Virus record (IMG/VR): IMGVR_UViG_3300031469_000005
Coordinates: 48,887-112,886 of that record
Direction: 5' to 3' (one strand)
Origin: a virus
Length of the DNA stretch: 64,000 nucleotides
The position numbers were made by a program, and so were the translations under genes. Below are positions 38,853 to 47,690 of the stretch, piece after piece. Each line of letters begins with the position of its first letter. Position 1 is the first letter of the stretch. The notes beneath the pieces are model-generated. The model saw nothing but the letters and a program-made list of their open reading frames with translations, was not told where the DNA came from and did not search any database.

Positions 38853-39463
38853 ATTTTCGTGTAGGAATTATCGCACTGAGCGCGAAGCCACCCCATGCAG
38901 GTCACTGGTCATTGATCAACATCGCGGCGAAAGAATGCGATGAGGTCATGTTGTTCGTTTCTCTGAATGATCGTAAACGACCTAACGAGGTCGAGATCTA
39001 CGGAAACGACATGGAAACGATCTGGAAGGACTACATGGAACCTTCGTTACCAAAGAACGTTGAAGTGATTTACGTCTCCAACGAAACACCTGTTCGAAAG
39101 GTCTACGAGTTCCTGGGACTCAAAAAAGAAAATGGGACCGACGACACGTTCGTGATCTACTCCGATCCAGCGGATCTGAACAAATCATTCTCAACTCAAC
39201 AACTCGAAAAGTACCTGAACGATCTGTACGTAAGCGGTAAAATTTCTCTCGAACCAGTGAGTCGTTCAGAAACAGTCGACATCAGCGGAACGAAGATGAG
39301 AAAGTTCCTTGAAACGGGAGCGAAGGAAGAATTCATTGAGAACTTGCCGGATATCATCCAATCGCGCGGCGAGAGCATTTGGAATCAGTTGCAAATTAGC
39401 ATCGCTACGAAGTCAAAATCGATCGTTCCCAAGAAGAACAAGGTGTTTCGTGTCAAACGGTGA
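38849..39463 (+). CDS. cytidyltransferase-like (HIGH-family) protein
   Basis: KPPHAGH, ISGTKMR. Confidence 0.8.
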   Translation: MNFRVGIIALSAKPPHAGHWSLINIAAKECDEVMLFVSLNDRKRPNEVEIYGNDMETIWKDYMEPSLPKNVEVIYVSNETPVRKVYEFLGLKKENGTDDTFVIYSDPADLNKSFSTQQLEKYLNDLYVSGKISLEPVSRSETVDISGTKMRKFLETGAKEEFIENLPDIIQSRGESIWNQLQISIATKSKSIVPKKNKVFRVKR

Positions 39464-39689
39464 CAAATTTTATGGTACAACGATATTTCCGGGCGATCTT
39501 GTAATTCTTGAAGATGACAGTATGGACGGGAAATGTCTTCGTTTTGTCATAACAAATGATATCTCAGCAAGGTACGTCACTGTCATGAATTTCAATACAA
39601 ATCACATGTACCAGATTTGGTACGAATCGCATTCAATTCGTGACATAGAACGAATCATTCCAGTAAAGTGTACTTCGTCAAACTTCTGA
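39430..39689 (+). CDS. small IFPGD family protein (start uncertain)
   Basis: TIFPGDLVIL..FVITND. Confidence 0.5.
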
Positions 39690-39704
39690 AGTATATTTAC
39701 GTTC

Positions 39705-40481
39705 ATGTCAAAGATTACGTACGGCATCAAGTGTTGCATTCGGTATGAGGATCGCCTGAATGCCTGTTTGGAGACTTGGGCGAAGGACGAAGACGTTCTT
39801 TTGTCGACGGATCTTGTTGAACAGGATTTGGTCGAGAAGTACGACAGCCTGACGAGGAAAACGAAGCGTTTGTTTGCGACGACGACGTTCACCCCCGGTA
39901 ACTGGTTCATGTACGCAGATGACGACACGTACGTTAACACAGATGCCCTTGGATTGTTTTGTGAACATCTCGATTCCAGCAAGATCACCGTCATCGGTAA
40001 GGGTTGTATGCCGTGTCCTGCGAAGACGAAGAAGTTCGTGAGCAGCGAAGCCAATGCGATTAAGATGAAGAACGTTCCGAAACACACCCTTTTCCAGGGT
40101 GGAGCAGGTACCTTGTTGTCGTATTCTGCATGCATCATGATTCAAACAATGATCTGGGCGGGGCGAGCCCCCGAGACCGATCTTTACCTCGCCGAGGACC
40201 AATGGCTCACCGCGACAATAGGTTCGTATACCCATCTCATGTCAACGTACTTGGGAAACAAGAAGACCGTTCAATGGGGAGGTCGAGGCTTGATCATGAA
40301 TCCTGGTGAGCTTCCGATCGAGGAACGTTTTCAAACGACGCAAAAGAACAACAAAGGCTGGGAACAAGCGATCGAGAACGTTGCGACTGGCAAAGCGTAC
40401 ACGTTGCATCACGTGCTACCGGATGACATGCGTTTGATTCACGCTCGCTATAATGCTTTTTGTATGGGTAACCCGGATTGA
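39705..40481 (+). CDS. Fringe-like / GT31 glycosyltransferase
   Basis: R..AC.ETW, KT, WFMYADDDTYVN, GGAG.LLS, ED, TLHH. TATTTA motif 5 nt upstream. Confidence 0.8.
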   Translation: MSKITYGIKCCIRYEDRLNACLETWAKDEDVLLSTDLVEQDLVEKYDSLTRKTKRLFATTTFTPGNWFMYADDDTYVNTDALGLFCEHLDSSKITVIGKGCMPCPAKTKKFVSSEANAIKMKNVPKHTLFQGGAGTLLSYSACIMIQTMIWAGRAPETDLYLAEDQWLTATIGSYTHLMSTYLGNKKTVQWGGRGLIMNPGELPIEERFQTTQKNNKGWEQAIENVATGKAYTLHHVLPDDMRLIHARYNAFCMGNPD

Positions 40482-40506
40482 TGACAAAGATCGCTCATAC
40501 TTATGA

Positions 40507-41034
40507 GTGATGAGATGCTTTGATCGTTCAGTCTGGTTCGAAAAGGCCCTGATTCACAAGAATAGGTACTCTGATCCTCAAGAGGCTCAGAAAGCTTACG
40601 AGCTCGACATCAAAGCAATCGACGGAATTGAAACGCTCGTAAAGTGGTGTGAATCCGAGGAACTGAACGTCATTTTTTCAAAGCAAAGTGACGCTGAATA
40701 CGATTCTGCGAAGAAATCAATCGAGATCAACTTCAACACGTCGAACTTCAATCAATTGACGATGATCTCTCATGAGATCGGTCATTACTTGATCCGCAAG
40801 GAAGGCATTTCTGGGTTGAAATGGTCGAGCTCAGGATACGCGAAGGGGAAGTTTGAGAAGGATCGATCGTTGCACTACAAGATCGATGTTCTCGAGGAAG
40901 AATACCTCGCATGGGACAAAGGTCTCGCAAAAACAAAAGAGTTGGGTGTTGAACTTGACATGTCTCGATTCAACGAGTACAAGGTCAGTTGCATCAAGGG
41001 TTACGTCCTCTGGGCGGCGGGTTGCATCAAATAA
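40507..41034 (+). CDS. zinc metallopeptidase-like protein (ImmA/IrrE-like)
   Basis: HEIGH and EEYLAW. Confidence 0.7.
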   Translation: MMRCFDRSVWFEKALIHKNRYSDPQEAQKAYELDIKAIDGIETLVKWCESEELNVIFSKQSDAEYDSAKKSIEINFNTSNFNQLTMISHEIGHYLIRKEGISGLKWSSSGYAKGKFEKDRSLHYKIDVLEEEYLAWDKGLAKTKELGVELDMSRFNEYKVSCIKGYVLWAAGCIK

Positions 41035-41070
41035 GTTGTTTTGTTCGCCACACAGTGTTACAATGAATTC

Positions 41071-41355
41071 GTGAAACTCTCACAAGAGGAACAAGAACGC
41101 TTAGGCGATGAAATGAAGGCTGAGTTCAAACGAATTCTCAAGAAGATTGAAGAGGAATCGAAAATCTACGATGAGGCATCCGAGAAACGCGCCCTTGAAA
41201 AACGTGATGCATTGCGATCGGCGATACAAATCGAAGAAGAAAAACCTTCGTTACTCTTGGTCGCTCGGGATATCGTCCTTGTCTCGCTTGCGGGAAGCTT
41301 TTGCGTCATCTTGATATTCATGATCGTTTATGGAATCATAGGTCTCATCAAATGA
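41071..41355 (+). CDS. membrane-anchored hypothetical protein
   Basis: C-terminal TM segment, promoter TTGTTT-N17-TACAAT. Confidence 0.55.
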   Translation: MKLSQEEQERLGDEMKAEFKRILKKIEEESKIYDEASEKRALEKRDALRSAIQIEEEKPSLLLVARDIVLVSLAGSFCVILIFMIVYGIIGLIK

Positions 41356-41705
41356 AACACTGCGTCTATCTTGATGATGAAAGAGCCACGCCCGCGGATA
41401 CAGATGACACGACGTGGCATCGTGTGTACACTGCGAAGCAATGCATAAATTACCTTAAGAAGGTTAATGAAGAACCTTCTGAGACCGTTGTCGTTGACCT
41501 GCTGTCTCTCGATCATGACTTGGGAGAGCCCGAGCACGTCGTGGGGACGGGTTACGGTGTTGTTTGCTGGCTCGAGGAAGCGTATCATACAGATCCAACA
41601 TTTCGCATGCCTCTCAAGATCGTTGTTCACAGTGCGAATCCCGTGGGAAGAAAAAGGATGCAGATCGTCATAGATCGTTTGAGTGTTCTTTCCGGAAAAG
41701 CGTGA
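41352..41705 (+). CDS. cyclic-phosphate-processing receiver-like domain protein
   Basis: YLDDER.TP, SLDHDLG, TGY, VHSANPVG. Confidence 0.8.
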   Translation: MKHCVYLDDERATPADTDDTTWHRVYTAKQCINYLKKVNEEPSETVVVDLLSLDHDLGEPEHVVGTGYGVVCWLEEAYHTDPTFRMPLKIVVHSANPVGRKRMQIVIDRLSVLSGKA

Positions 41706-41717
41706 TACGATTGATCT

Positions 41718-42347
41718 ATGAAACCGAAGGTTGAATGGAACGTTTGCAAGGAACTCCAATCGACAAAACCCAAGCGTATCCCCAAGAGCAAACGCAGGAA
41801 GCCTGAGCCGGGAATCATAGAACAGAACGGTTCCATCGTCAAACCCGTGAAGGCGAAATTGCAGCTCAATAGCGGTCAAACGCTTGCAAAGAGAACGTAC
41901 GTTGCGCCGCAGCCCGTTGCTGCGAATCCGCTTGTTCCCTTGAGCAAGTGGAAGTTGATGCCACAACACGTCAAAAACCTCGATCATACACGGCTCGCGC
42001 CGGGTCTTTACGTTGCACAATGCTTCTTTGCAAACGAGAGCACAAGTCACGCATTCAAGAATTTCCCGTATCCCTACCACAAGGCCTGGACGGGAATCAA
42101 CTCTTCAACGCACGATCCCGGGTTCAGCAGGGGAACGATACTCACCTTCATCAAGTACATTGATGTCGAGGAAATTGATGCGAGCGCGGTGGATTTTTCG
42201 TACCACCAAAATGAACCCCCCAAGATCATTCAATGCAAACGAGCAGTATTTCTATATGCGGGACGTTTGATCATTATTGGTGACACCCAGTACGTTACTG
42301 TGATAGGATCAACTAATGACAAGTCCCGAATCGAAGTCGCTTGCTGA
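41718..42347 (+). CDS. hypothetical protein
   Basis: ORF track, promoter GTGTTC(41683)-N17-TACGAT. Confidence 0.65.
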   Translation: MKPKVEWNVCKELQSTKPKRIPKSKRRKPEPGIIEQNGSIVKPVKAKLQLNSGQTLAKRTYVAPQPVAANPLVPLSKWKLMPQHVKNLDHTRLAPGLYVAQCFFANESTSHAFKNFPYPYHKAWTGINSSTHDPGFSRGTILTFIKYIDVEEIDASAVDFSYHQNEPPKIIQCKRAVFLYAGRLIIIGDTQYVTVIGSTNDKSRIEVAC

Positions 42348-43035
42348 AATTCTGTTGCGTGATTCGAACTCGATGCTCGAAAGCAAGAGCGACGACGATG
42401 ATGATGTTGAAAACTTTCTCAAACTCGTAGAGAAAGAAAAAGCGAGAACGTCGAAGCAACCGCAGATCGACAAGCTCGATGATGCGATCGTCCTCGACAA
42501 GGACGGGAACCCTCAATTCCTGCTCAAGTTGGGTGACTCGATCATCATCGAACGTTACACTGACTACGGTTCTCAACCTCGTTGGTTCGACACGAAGGTT
42601 TACGAGATCAAGAACATTGACACATTGACAGGCGCTGTTCGCCTGTTCGATCTCGAGAACAAGAACTACGCTGCCACGAACTACATCACTGGGTTCACCA
42701 ACAACTTGCATCGATTCAAGATCGCCCCTTCGAAGGCGAACAAGTTGAAGAGGCGGGGGAACAAGAAGGTTCAGCAAAAGTACGTTGCTGATGAACCTGT
42801 CAAAACAACAGCTTCTTCATCGAAGAAACCGCGTAAGATGGCGAACGGATTACGAAGGGTTTACGATTCTCGAGGAACCATCCATACGCGAATTACGGGA
42901 GTTGCATACGGCCCTTCGGGATCGACGAAAGCGAAGGACGGTGATCGCCTCACGATGGTTCTTGAAGTGAACGTTTTGAAAGTGACAGATACAGCGTCGG
43001 GTTGGACTGAATCATGGAAAGAAATAAACCTCTGA
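42316..43035 (+). CDS. two-domain hypothetical protein
   Basis: N-domain like 31117..31422, C-domain like the end of 62984..64000. Confidence 0.65.
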   Translation: MTSPESKSLAEILLRDSNSMLESKSDDDDDVENFLKLVEKEKARTSKQPQIDKLDDAIVLDKDGNPQFLLKLGDSIIIERYTDYGSQPRWFDTKVYEIKNIDTLTGAVRLFDLENKNYAATNYITGFTNNLHRFKIAPSKANKLKRRGNKKVQQKYVADEPVKTTASSSKKPRKMANGLRRVYDSRGTIHTRITGVAYGPSGSTKAKDGDRLTMVLEVNVLKVTDTASGWTESWKEINL

Positions 43036-43230
43036 GGTGGAATGATCTTCGTCCCGGTGATGTTTATTAACAATTCATACAGTGACAACTACTTTTGGTT
43101 AGCATTGAACGATGACGGTGTCATCGTGGATGATTCCATTCACGTTGAATTTGATTGTAAGATAAGTCGACACTCTCATTCGATAATTCGAACTCATTCG
43201 ATAATTCGAAACGGGAAAATGATATGGTGA
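43030..43230 (+). pseudogene. LRPGD family protein with +1 frameshift
   Basis: WNDLRPGDV then +1 frame INNSY...IIRNGKMIW. Confidence 0.5.
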
Positions 43231-43236
43231 TGATGA

Positions 43237-43467
43237 ATGATGAAATGGTCAGAGTTGTTACCGGGCGACATTTACATTGACAAGGATGTTCGTAACAACA
43301 CTCGATTCGTCATCACCAATCCTACTCGAGATGATTCGATGCATGGATTCATTTGGCTGACATGGGATCAAACGTTCAAAAACGTCGTACACGATACCGT
43401 TTATGATGATTTAATGATCAACCACTATACGTACTGTGTAATTAGAAAAGGAAAGCAAATACTATGA
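43237..43467 (+). CDS. small LLPGD family protein
   Basis: KWSELLPGDIYI..FVITN..VIRKGKQIL. Confidence 0.65.
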   Translation: MMKWSELLPGDIYIDKDVRNNTRFVITNPTRDDSMHGFIWLTWDQTFKNVVHDTVYDDLMINHYTYCVIRKGKQIL

Positions 43468-43769
43468 ATAACGACTCAGGAAAGGCAACATTGCTCGCAA
43501 GGTCCCTCACACACACGAAGGCGAATGAACTGAGGTCGTTGTTGATGCGCTCAGTGAGAAACGTTTGGGTGATGGTGATGTCCACCAAGGACAGGGATAA
43601 GTTCGATGTTTACATTGCGAACGAATGGGGAGGTTCTCCGACTGAATTGCAATCAAGCTTGTCAATGACGCTAGCGACGGGCCTCGATGCATTGGGTGAT
43701 GATGAAGAGATCACGAAGGATCAGATCATCGAATTGCATGACGATGACATCTTGCCGTTGAGCGAGTAA
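43464..43769 (+). CDS. hypothetical protein
   Basis: ORF track. Confidence 0.55.
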   Translation: MNNDSGKATLLARSLTHTKANELRSLLMRSVRNVWVMVMSTKDRDKFDVYIANEWGGSPTELQSSLSMTLATGLDALGDDEEITKDQIIELHDDDILPLSE

Positions 43770-43778
43770 GAAAAATCA

Positions 43779-43901
43779 ATGCCTTTCCATTTCTGCATGG
43801 ATGAACTTTTGATGATCATGGCTGCGATCCCGTTCGTAGGGGCGGGATTTCGTAAGCTACACGATTGGTGGCACGTGAAATTCAAGCACAAGAAGCATTG
43901 A
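43779..43901 (+). CDS. 40-aa membrane peptide with basic C-terminus
   Basis: MPFHFCMDELLMIMAAIPFVGAGFRKLHDWWHVKFKHKKH. Confidence 0.45.
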   Translation: MPFHFCMDELLMIMAAIPFVGAGFRKLHDWWHVKFKHKKH

Positions 43902-45024
43902 TTCGATCAAGCAGGATTTTGATGCCGAATTCTTTGAATTCAATGTCAGTGATTCGAATAAGTTTTAACTTGTGTTGATCAAAGAATTCGTCTTGTTTTC
44001 GATCAAAGAACCATTTATTGTAGATTGATCTGTCACGAGGATTTTTGAATTCTTTGATCAAGTCTAAAGATCGATCTAAACCGTGCCAATAAACACCGTC
44101 AAGTTGAACATATGTGTCGATCGATTTGATGTAAAAATCAATAGGCCATGATTGATTGATAACACATTGACGTTCAACATCATTTTCTCCGAAATATTCT
44201 ACCAAAACAAGAAACATTGATTCTTCGATCTTTGAAATCTTGTAAGAATCATTTCGCTTCATTGTTTGGTGGCGTTTATTCCACGCTTGTTTTGATTTAG
44301 CTTTTAGTTTTACGCTCTCAACATTTAAGTTGGATTGAAATCCAATCAGTTTTAGATTTGTTTCTTTCTTTTTTAGCTTGACACTTTCATCCTTTGATAC
44401 GTTGTCAACCCCTCGAGACAACCGCACAGAATCCCGAGACTTTTTACGAATTTCCGCACTTTGTTGGGGAAATTTCACACCAAAATTTCGCATGCAAGTT
44501 TCTTGAGATTTTAATTTACTTGATTCGAGTTGTGATGGATTCGTAACGCCTTTACTGAGCCAAACTTGTTTACATTTTTCTTGAATTTCTTTTTTACAAA
44601 ACCCGTAAGTTCCAATTCTTCGATCTAAAATTCGTTGAGGGTGTGATTTACCACAACAAACGTAACGAACGATTTCATTGAATTCCCCATGTTGAGAATC
44701 AATGAACATTGCTATTTTTAAGAATTTTGTAAACGTTGATTCAATAATTCGAACTGTCGAACCGTGTTTTTCTTGAATACGTTTTTTGACTTCGTCAAGA
44801 TCGATTGAAATTTTTTGTTTAGCATTTCTTCGTCCCCGTTGAGGATGACCATGACCATTAAAAATGTTTCCGGGTGATGCGATCCATTCGCCAAATTCAA
44901 CATCAACGAATGAACATTTCGTATTTGCGTCAACAAATGTAGAATCAACTAATTTTAGTTGTTCACCGTGCTTTTCTAAAATACGTTTTTTAGCTTCTTC
45001 GAGAATGACTTTTTTCCATGTCAT
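43882..45024 (-). CDS. Vsr/DUF559-like PD-(D/E)xK free-standing endonuclease
   Basis: IDFY, VQLDGVYWH, DRKQD, LIRITD, N-terminal repeated K.RI.EKHG and (F/Y)GV..P.Q units. Confidence 0.8.
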   Translation of the reverse strand: MTWKKVILEEAKKRILEKHGEQLKLVDSTFVDANTKCSFVDVEFGEWIASPGNIFNGHGHPQRGRRNAKQKISIDLDEVKKRIQEKHGSTVRIIESTFTKFLKIAMFIDSQHGEFNEIVRYVCCGKSHPQRILDRRIGTYGFCKKEIQEKCKQVWLSKGVTNPSQLESSKLKSQETCMRNFGVKFPQQSAEIRKKSRDSVRLSRGVDNVSKDESVKLKKKETNLKLIGFQSNLNVESVKLKAKSKQAWNKRHQTMKRNDSYKISKIEESMFLVLVEYFGENDVERQCVINQSWPIDFYIKSIDTYVQLDGVYWHGLDRSLDLIKEFKNPRDRSIYNKWFFDRKQDEFFDQHKLKLIRITDIEFKEFGIKILLDRINASCA

Positions 45025-45050
45025 TCTCGAATTGTACAAAATTATTCGTA

Positions 45051-45323
45051 CTATAGGTTATCTGGATCGAGTTCGAGGTGAGCGTTGTGTGCTTCTTCAG
45101 GTTCGTAACTATGGTCGTACGAACAGATCCCGCACTGCTCGTAATCACAACCTTCAGCTTCATGACCTTCTGAATCAAGACCACACATTGGACAAGTATC
45201 CGTCAATTCGTCATCAACCCCTAACCATGGACCACTTTCAACGATGATAGGTTTTGCGAATCGTTGAGCTTCCTCGTTTATGAGATTTTGAAGCTCTTTC
45301 ATGCTAAAAGATTTATGGTTCAT
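45051..45323 (-). CDS. small putative head protein with MKELQNLINEE leader and Zn-like CxxC
   Basis: leader motif, CPMC...CGIC. Confidence 0.6.
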   Translation of the reverse strand: MNHKSFSMKELQNLINEEAQRFAKPIIVESGPWLGVDDELTDTCPMCGLDSEGHEAEGCDYEQCGICSYDHSYEPEEAHNAHLELDPDNL

Positions 45324-45621
45324 TGTAGTCGTCCATGATTGAATCAATAACGTTGTCAAGTTCATCGAGTACCTTCATTAAACGTTGAGAATTTTTCAAT
45401 CGTTCCCCCTTTGGGGGCCCCCAAGAGTTCGCGTTGAGTGCAATATCCATATCACTCATTCCCATCGTATCATCGAATGCGATTTGGAAGTTCATGATAT
45501 CGTTTCTTAGCGCGTCAAGTGCTTGGATCGTATCAGGTGACCAAACACCGACACGACCAGGCATGTGCGCAGCCTCTTCTTTGATCAATTGCTTGAGTTC
45601 TTTGATCGTGATCTTCATCAT
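45313..45621 (-). CDS. putative head protein with MKITIKELKQLIKEE leader
   Basis: leader motif. Confidence 0.65.
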   Translation of the reverse strand: MMKITIKELKQLIKEEAAHMPGRVGVWSPDTIQALDALRNDIMNFQIAFDDTMGMSDMDIALNANSWGPPKGERLKNSQRLMKVLDELDNVIDSIMDDYNEP

Positions 45622-46805
45622 TCTTCCTTCGGTGATTCGTTGAAAGCCCTAAGGTAATCGCTTTCCTTGTAGGCGTTTCCGTAGTACGATGAGGGTTCAA
45701 CCTCGAGCTCGCCCGTCTCGTTGTAACGAGGATCGACGATCATGACGTCGCCGTGAACGAACGGGAACCTGCTGTTCAGGAACGAGTCTCCGTAGAATTC
45801 GACCGGATCGCAATCATTTCCGTTCAAATCGACCAACGGGTTCGTCACGTGGCTTCCTTCGTGATCGAATCCCCATTCACCCGGTGGATGGAATCCCGTG
45901 TTCGTTTCTTGTTTCGACGTCGGTTCGACAGAAACTTGTCGTTCGGTATAGGATAACATTTCATCCAACACGTCAAAGACCTTCGTGTTGTTACGTCGTG
46001 CAAACGATTCGAGATTCTCGTAGATCGTTTCGAGCTCAGTCTTCTTATGAGATTCATTCAGGTGCATTTCACTGACCTTCGAAAAGTCACGTGAAAGTAT
46101 GACCGTTACGCGGCCTTTTGAGGTGATCACGGTGTAGTAAGGATTCGATTCTAAGTTTCCGTTTCCGTCCTCACACTTGCTGTCCTCGTAATGGACTTCC
46201 TTGACCTTGCCGTACTTCTTTTGAATTTGCGACTTGATCTCGTTGCTGAGGTCGTACTTGCTTTCGTTCAACTTTCTTTCAAGCAAACCTTTTGCTGCAC
46301 GATCAACGAACGTATGAACGTCTCCCAAGGTTAGACCGTACTTCTTTCCTAGAACGGACGACACGATTCTGTCTTCGGGGGTTCCACCGTTTACGAGATC
46401 CGCGACCTTCTTCATGACATCGTTCGTGATTTGCTTTGATTCACTTTGAACGCTGTGAACAACTGAAACATCGCTCTGAACGGGATTCGCCTTACGTTGA
46501 CGTGCCCACTCAGCGAACGCGAGTTCGATGATCCTCCAATCGGGATGGTTCTTTGACTTGAGGCTGTGACGAAACGCCTTGAGGTTACCCGAGAACTTTT
46601 GATCAGCACGATCGCCCGCATTGAGCGATTTGATCATCGTCTTCAAAAGTGAAAGCATCAGCTTTTCATCGCCACTTGCAGCCTTGATGTCGCGATGGAA
46701 GTTTGAGCCTTGTTCGAGAGGAACAAGCACCGCAGCTTCGTTCAACATCGAACGAACTTGTTGGCGTATCGTTTTCTCTGCTAATTCATGAACGTTGATC
46801 GTCAT
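45618..46805 (-). CDS. putative head polyprotein with repeated LNE(S/A) sites
   Basis: IRQQVRSMLNEA, VQSES, KLNES, HLNES. Confidence 0.65.
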   Translation of the reverse strand: MTINVHELAEKTIRQQVRSMLNEAAVLVPLEQGSNFHRDIKAASGDEKLMLSLLKTMIKSLNAGDRADQKFSGNLKAFRHSLKSKNHPDWRIIELAFAEWARQRKANPVQSDVSVVHSVQSESKQITNDVMKKVADLVNGGTPEDRIVSSVLGKKYGLTLGDVHTFVDRAAKGLLERKLNESKYDLSNEIKSQIQKKYGKVKEVHYEDSKCEDGNGNLESNPYYTVITSKGRVTVILSRDFSKVSEMHLNESHKKTELETIYENLESFARRNNTKVFDVLDEMLSYTERQVSVEPTSKQETNTGFHPPGEWGFDHEGSHVTNPLVDLNGNDCDPVEFYGDSFLNSRFPFVHGDVMIVDPRYNETGELEVEPSSYYGNAYKESDYLRAFNESPKEE

Positions 46806-47074
46806 TAGATCCTAACTAGAGTTGTTGCCGGTTGTTTATTCGCGGGATCTCTGAGACCCAGCGTTACTTCAGTACCTCGTGAATCCATGAACGTGACAGT
46901 TCCATCATTGTTTTTTCGAATGCTTTTCACGACAGTGTCGCGTCCGCCAGACGTAGAGACAAGAACGTCTCCCACTTGAATTTCTGAAACCTTTTTGCTG
47001 GAAGAATTCGATTCTCGTAGATGTTGAATTTCTTCCTTGATGACCTGTTTGAGTTGTCTTAGAGAGATTTTCAT
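46805..47074 (-). CDS. putative head protein with MKISLRQLKQVIKEE..LRES leader and SH3-like IQVGD domain
   Basis: leader motif. Confidence 0.65.
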   Translation of the reverse strand: MKISLRQLKQVIKEEIQHLRESNSSSKKVSEIQVGDVLVSTSGGRDTVVKSIRKNNDGTVTFMDSRGTEVTLGLRDPANKQPATTLVRI

Positions 47075-47078
47075 TTTC

Positions 47079-47669
47079 TTACCCGTGCTTTCCAACAGTT
47101 GCAATCACGTCATCAACTGCAGATTCCGCCACAGACAATGATTGTAGGACATCTTTCCATTCAGGATGCTTCTTTTTAATCGCTGTCGTAGCATCAGAGA
47201 AAAAGTTCGCTGTATCCTGCAATGTCTTACGAATTTGCTGTGCGAGTTGATCGAATCCCGCACGTTCGTGGAGAAGCGAGAGATCAAGTTGCTTCACCGT
47301 TGATTCACCGAAGCGGTCTTTACCACCCATGTTCGAATCATCCCATTCACGTTCATCGCTTCCGTACATACCTTCACTTTGATCGTAAGATCCGTCGCAC
47401 TCGGGACATCCCAAACATTCCACCCCCAGGCATTCACCCGCGGCGGAGGTTGGTCCGGCGTCGGGTTCAAGATCATCATTGTAAAGATCGAACAATGGAT
47501 CTTCGTGCTCATCAAGAACATCATCAGATTCGTGCATTCCGTGTTCAATGTCGCTGTCGACACCACCCGAATGCATTCCAGCTTCGATATCCCATTCAGT
47601 TTCCTTCAATGGAACTCGATCCATTTCTTCCTTGACGAGCTTCTTCAATTGATTGATGTTAATCTTCAT
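47079..47669 (-). CDS. putative head protein with MKININQLKKLVKEE leader
   Basis: leader, TACTTA upstream (47692-47697), AAGGA SD. Confidence 0.7.
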   Translation of the reverse strand: MKININQLKKLVKEEMDRVPLKETEWDIEAGMHSGGVDSDIEHGMHESDDVLDEHEDPLFDLYNDDLEPDAGPTSAAGECLGVECLGCPECDGSYDQSEGMYGSDEREWDDSNMGGKDRFGESTVKQLDLSLLHERAGFDQLAQQIRKTLQDTANFFSDATTAIKKKHPEWKDVLQSLSVAESAVDDVIATVGKHG

Positions 47670-47690
47670 TTTGATTCCTTTGAACTGAGC

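Noticed and set aside
43171-43210. short tandem repeat ctcattcgataattcgaa x2
   Set aside because: A local 18-bp in-frame duplication (HSIIR twice) inside a degenerate small gene, not an array.
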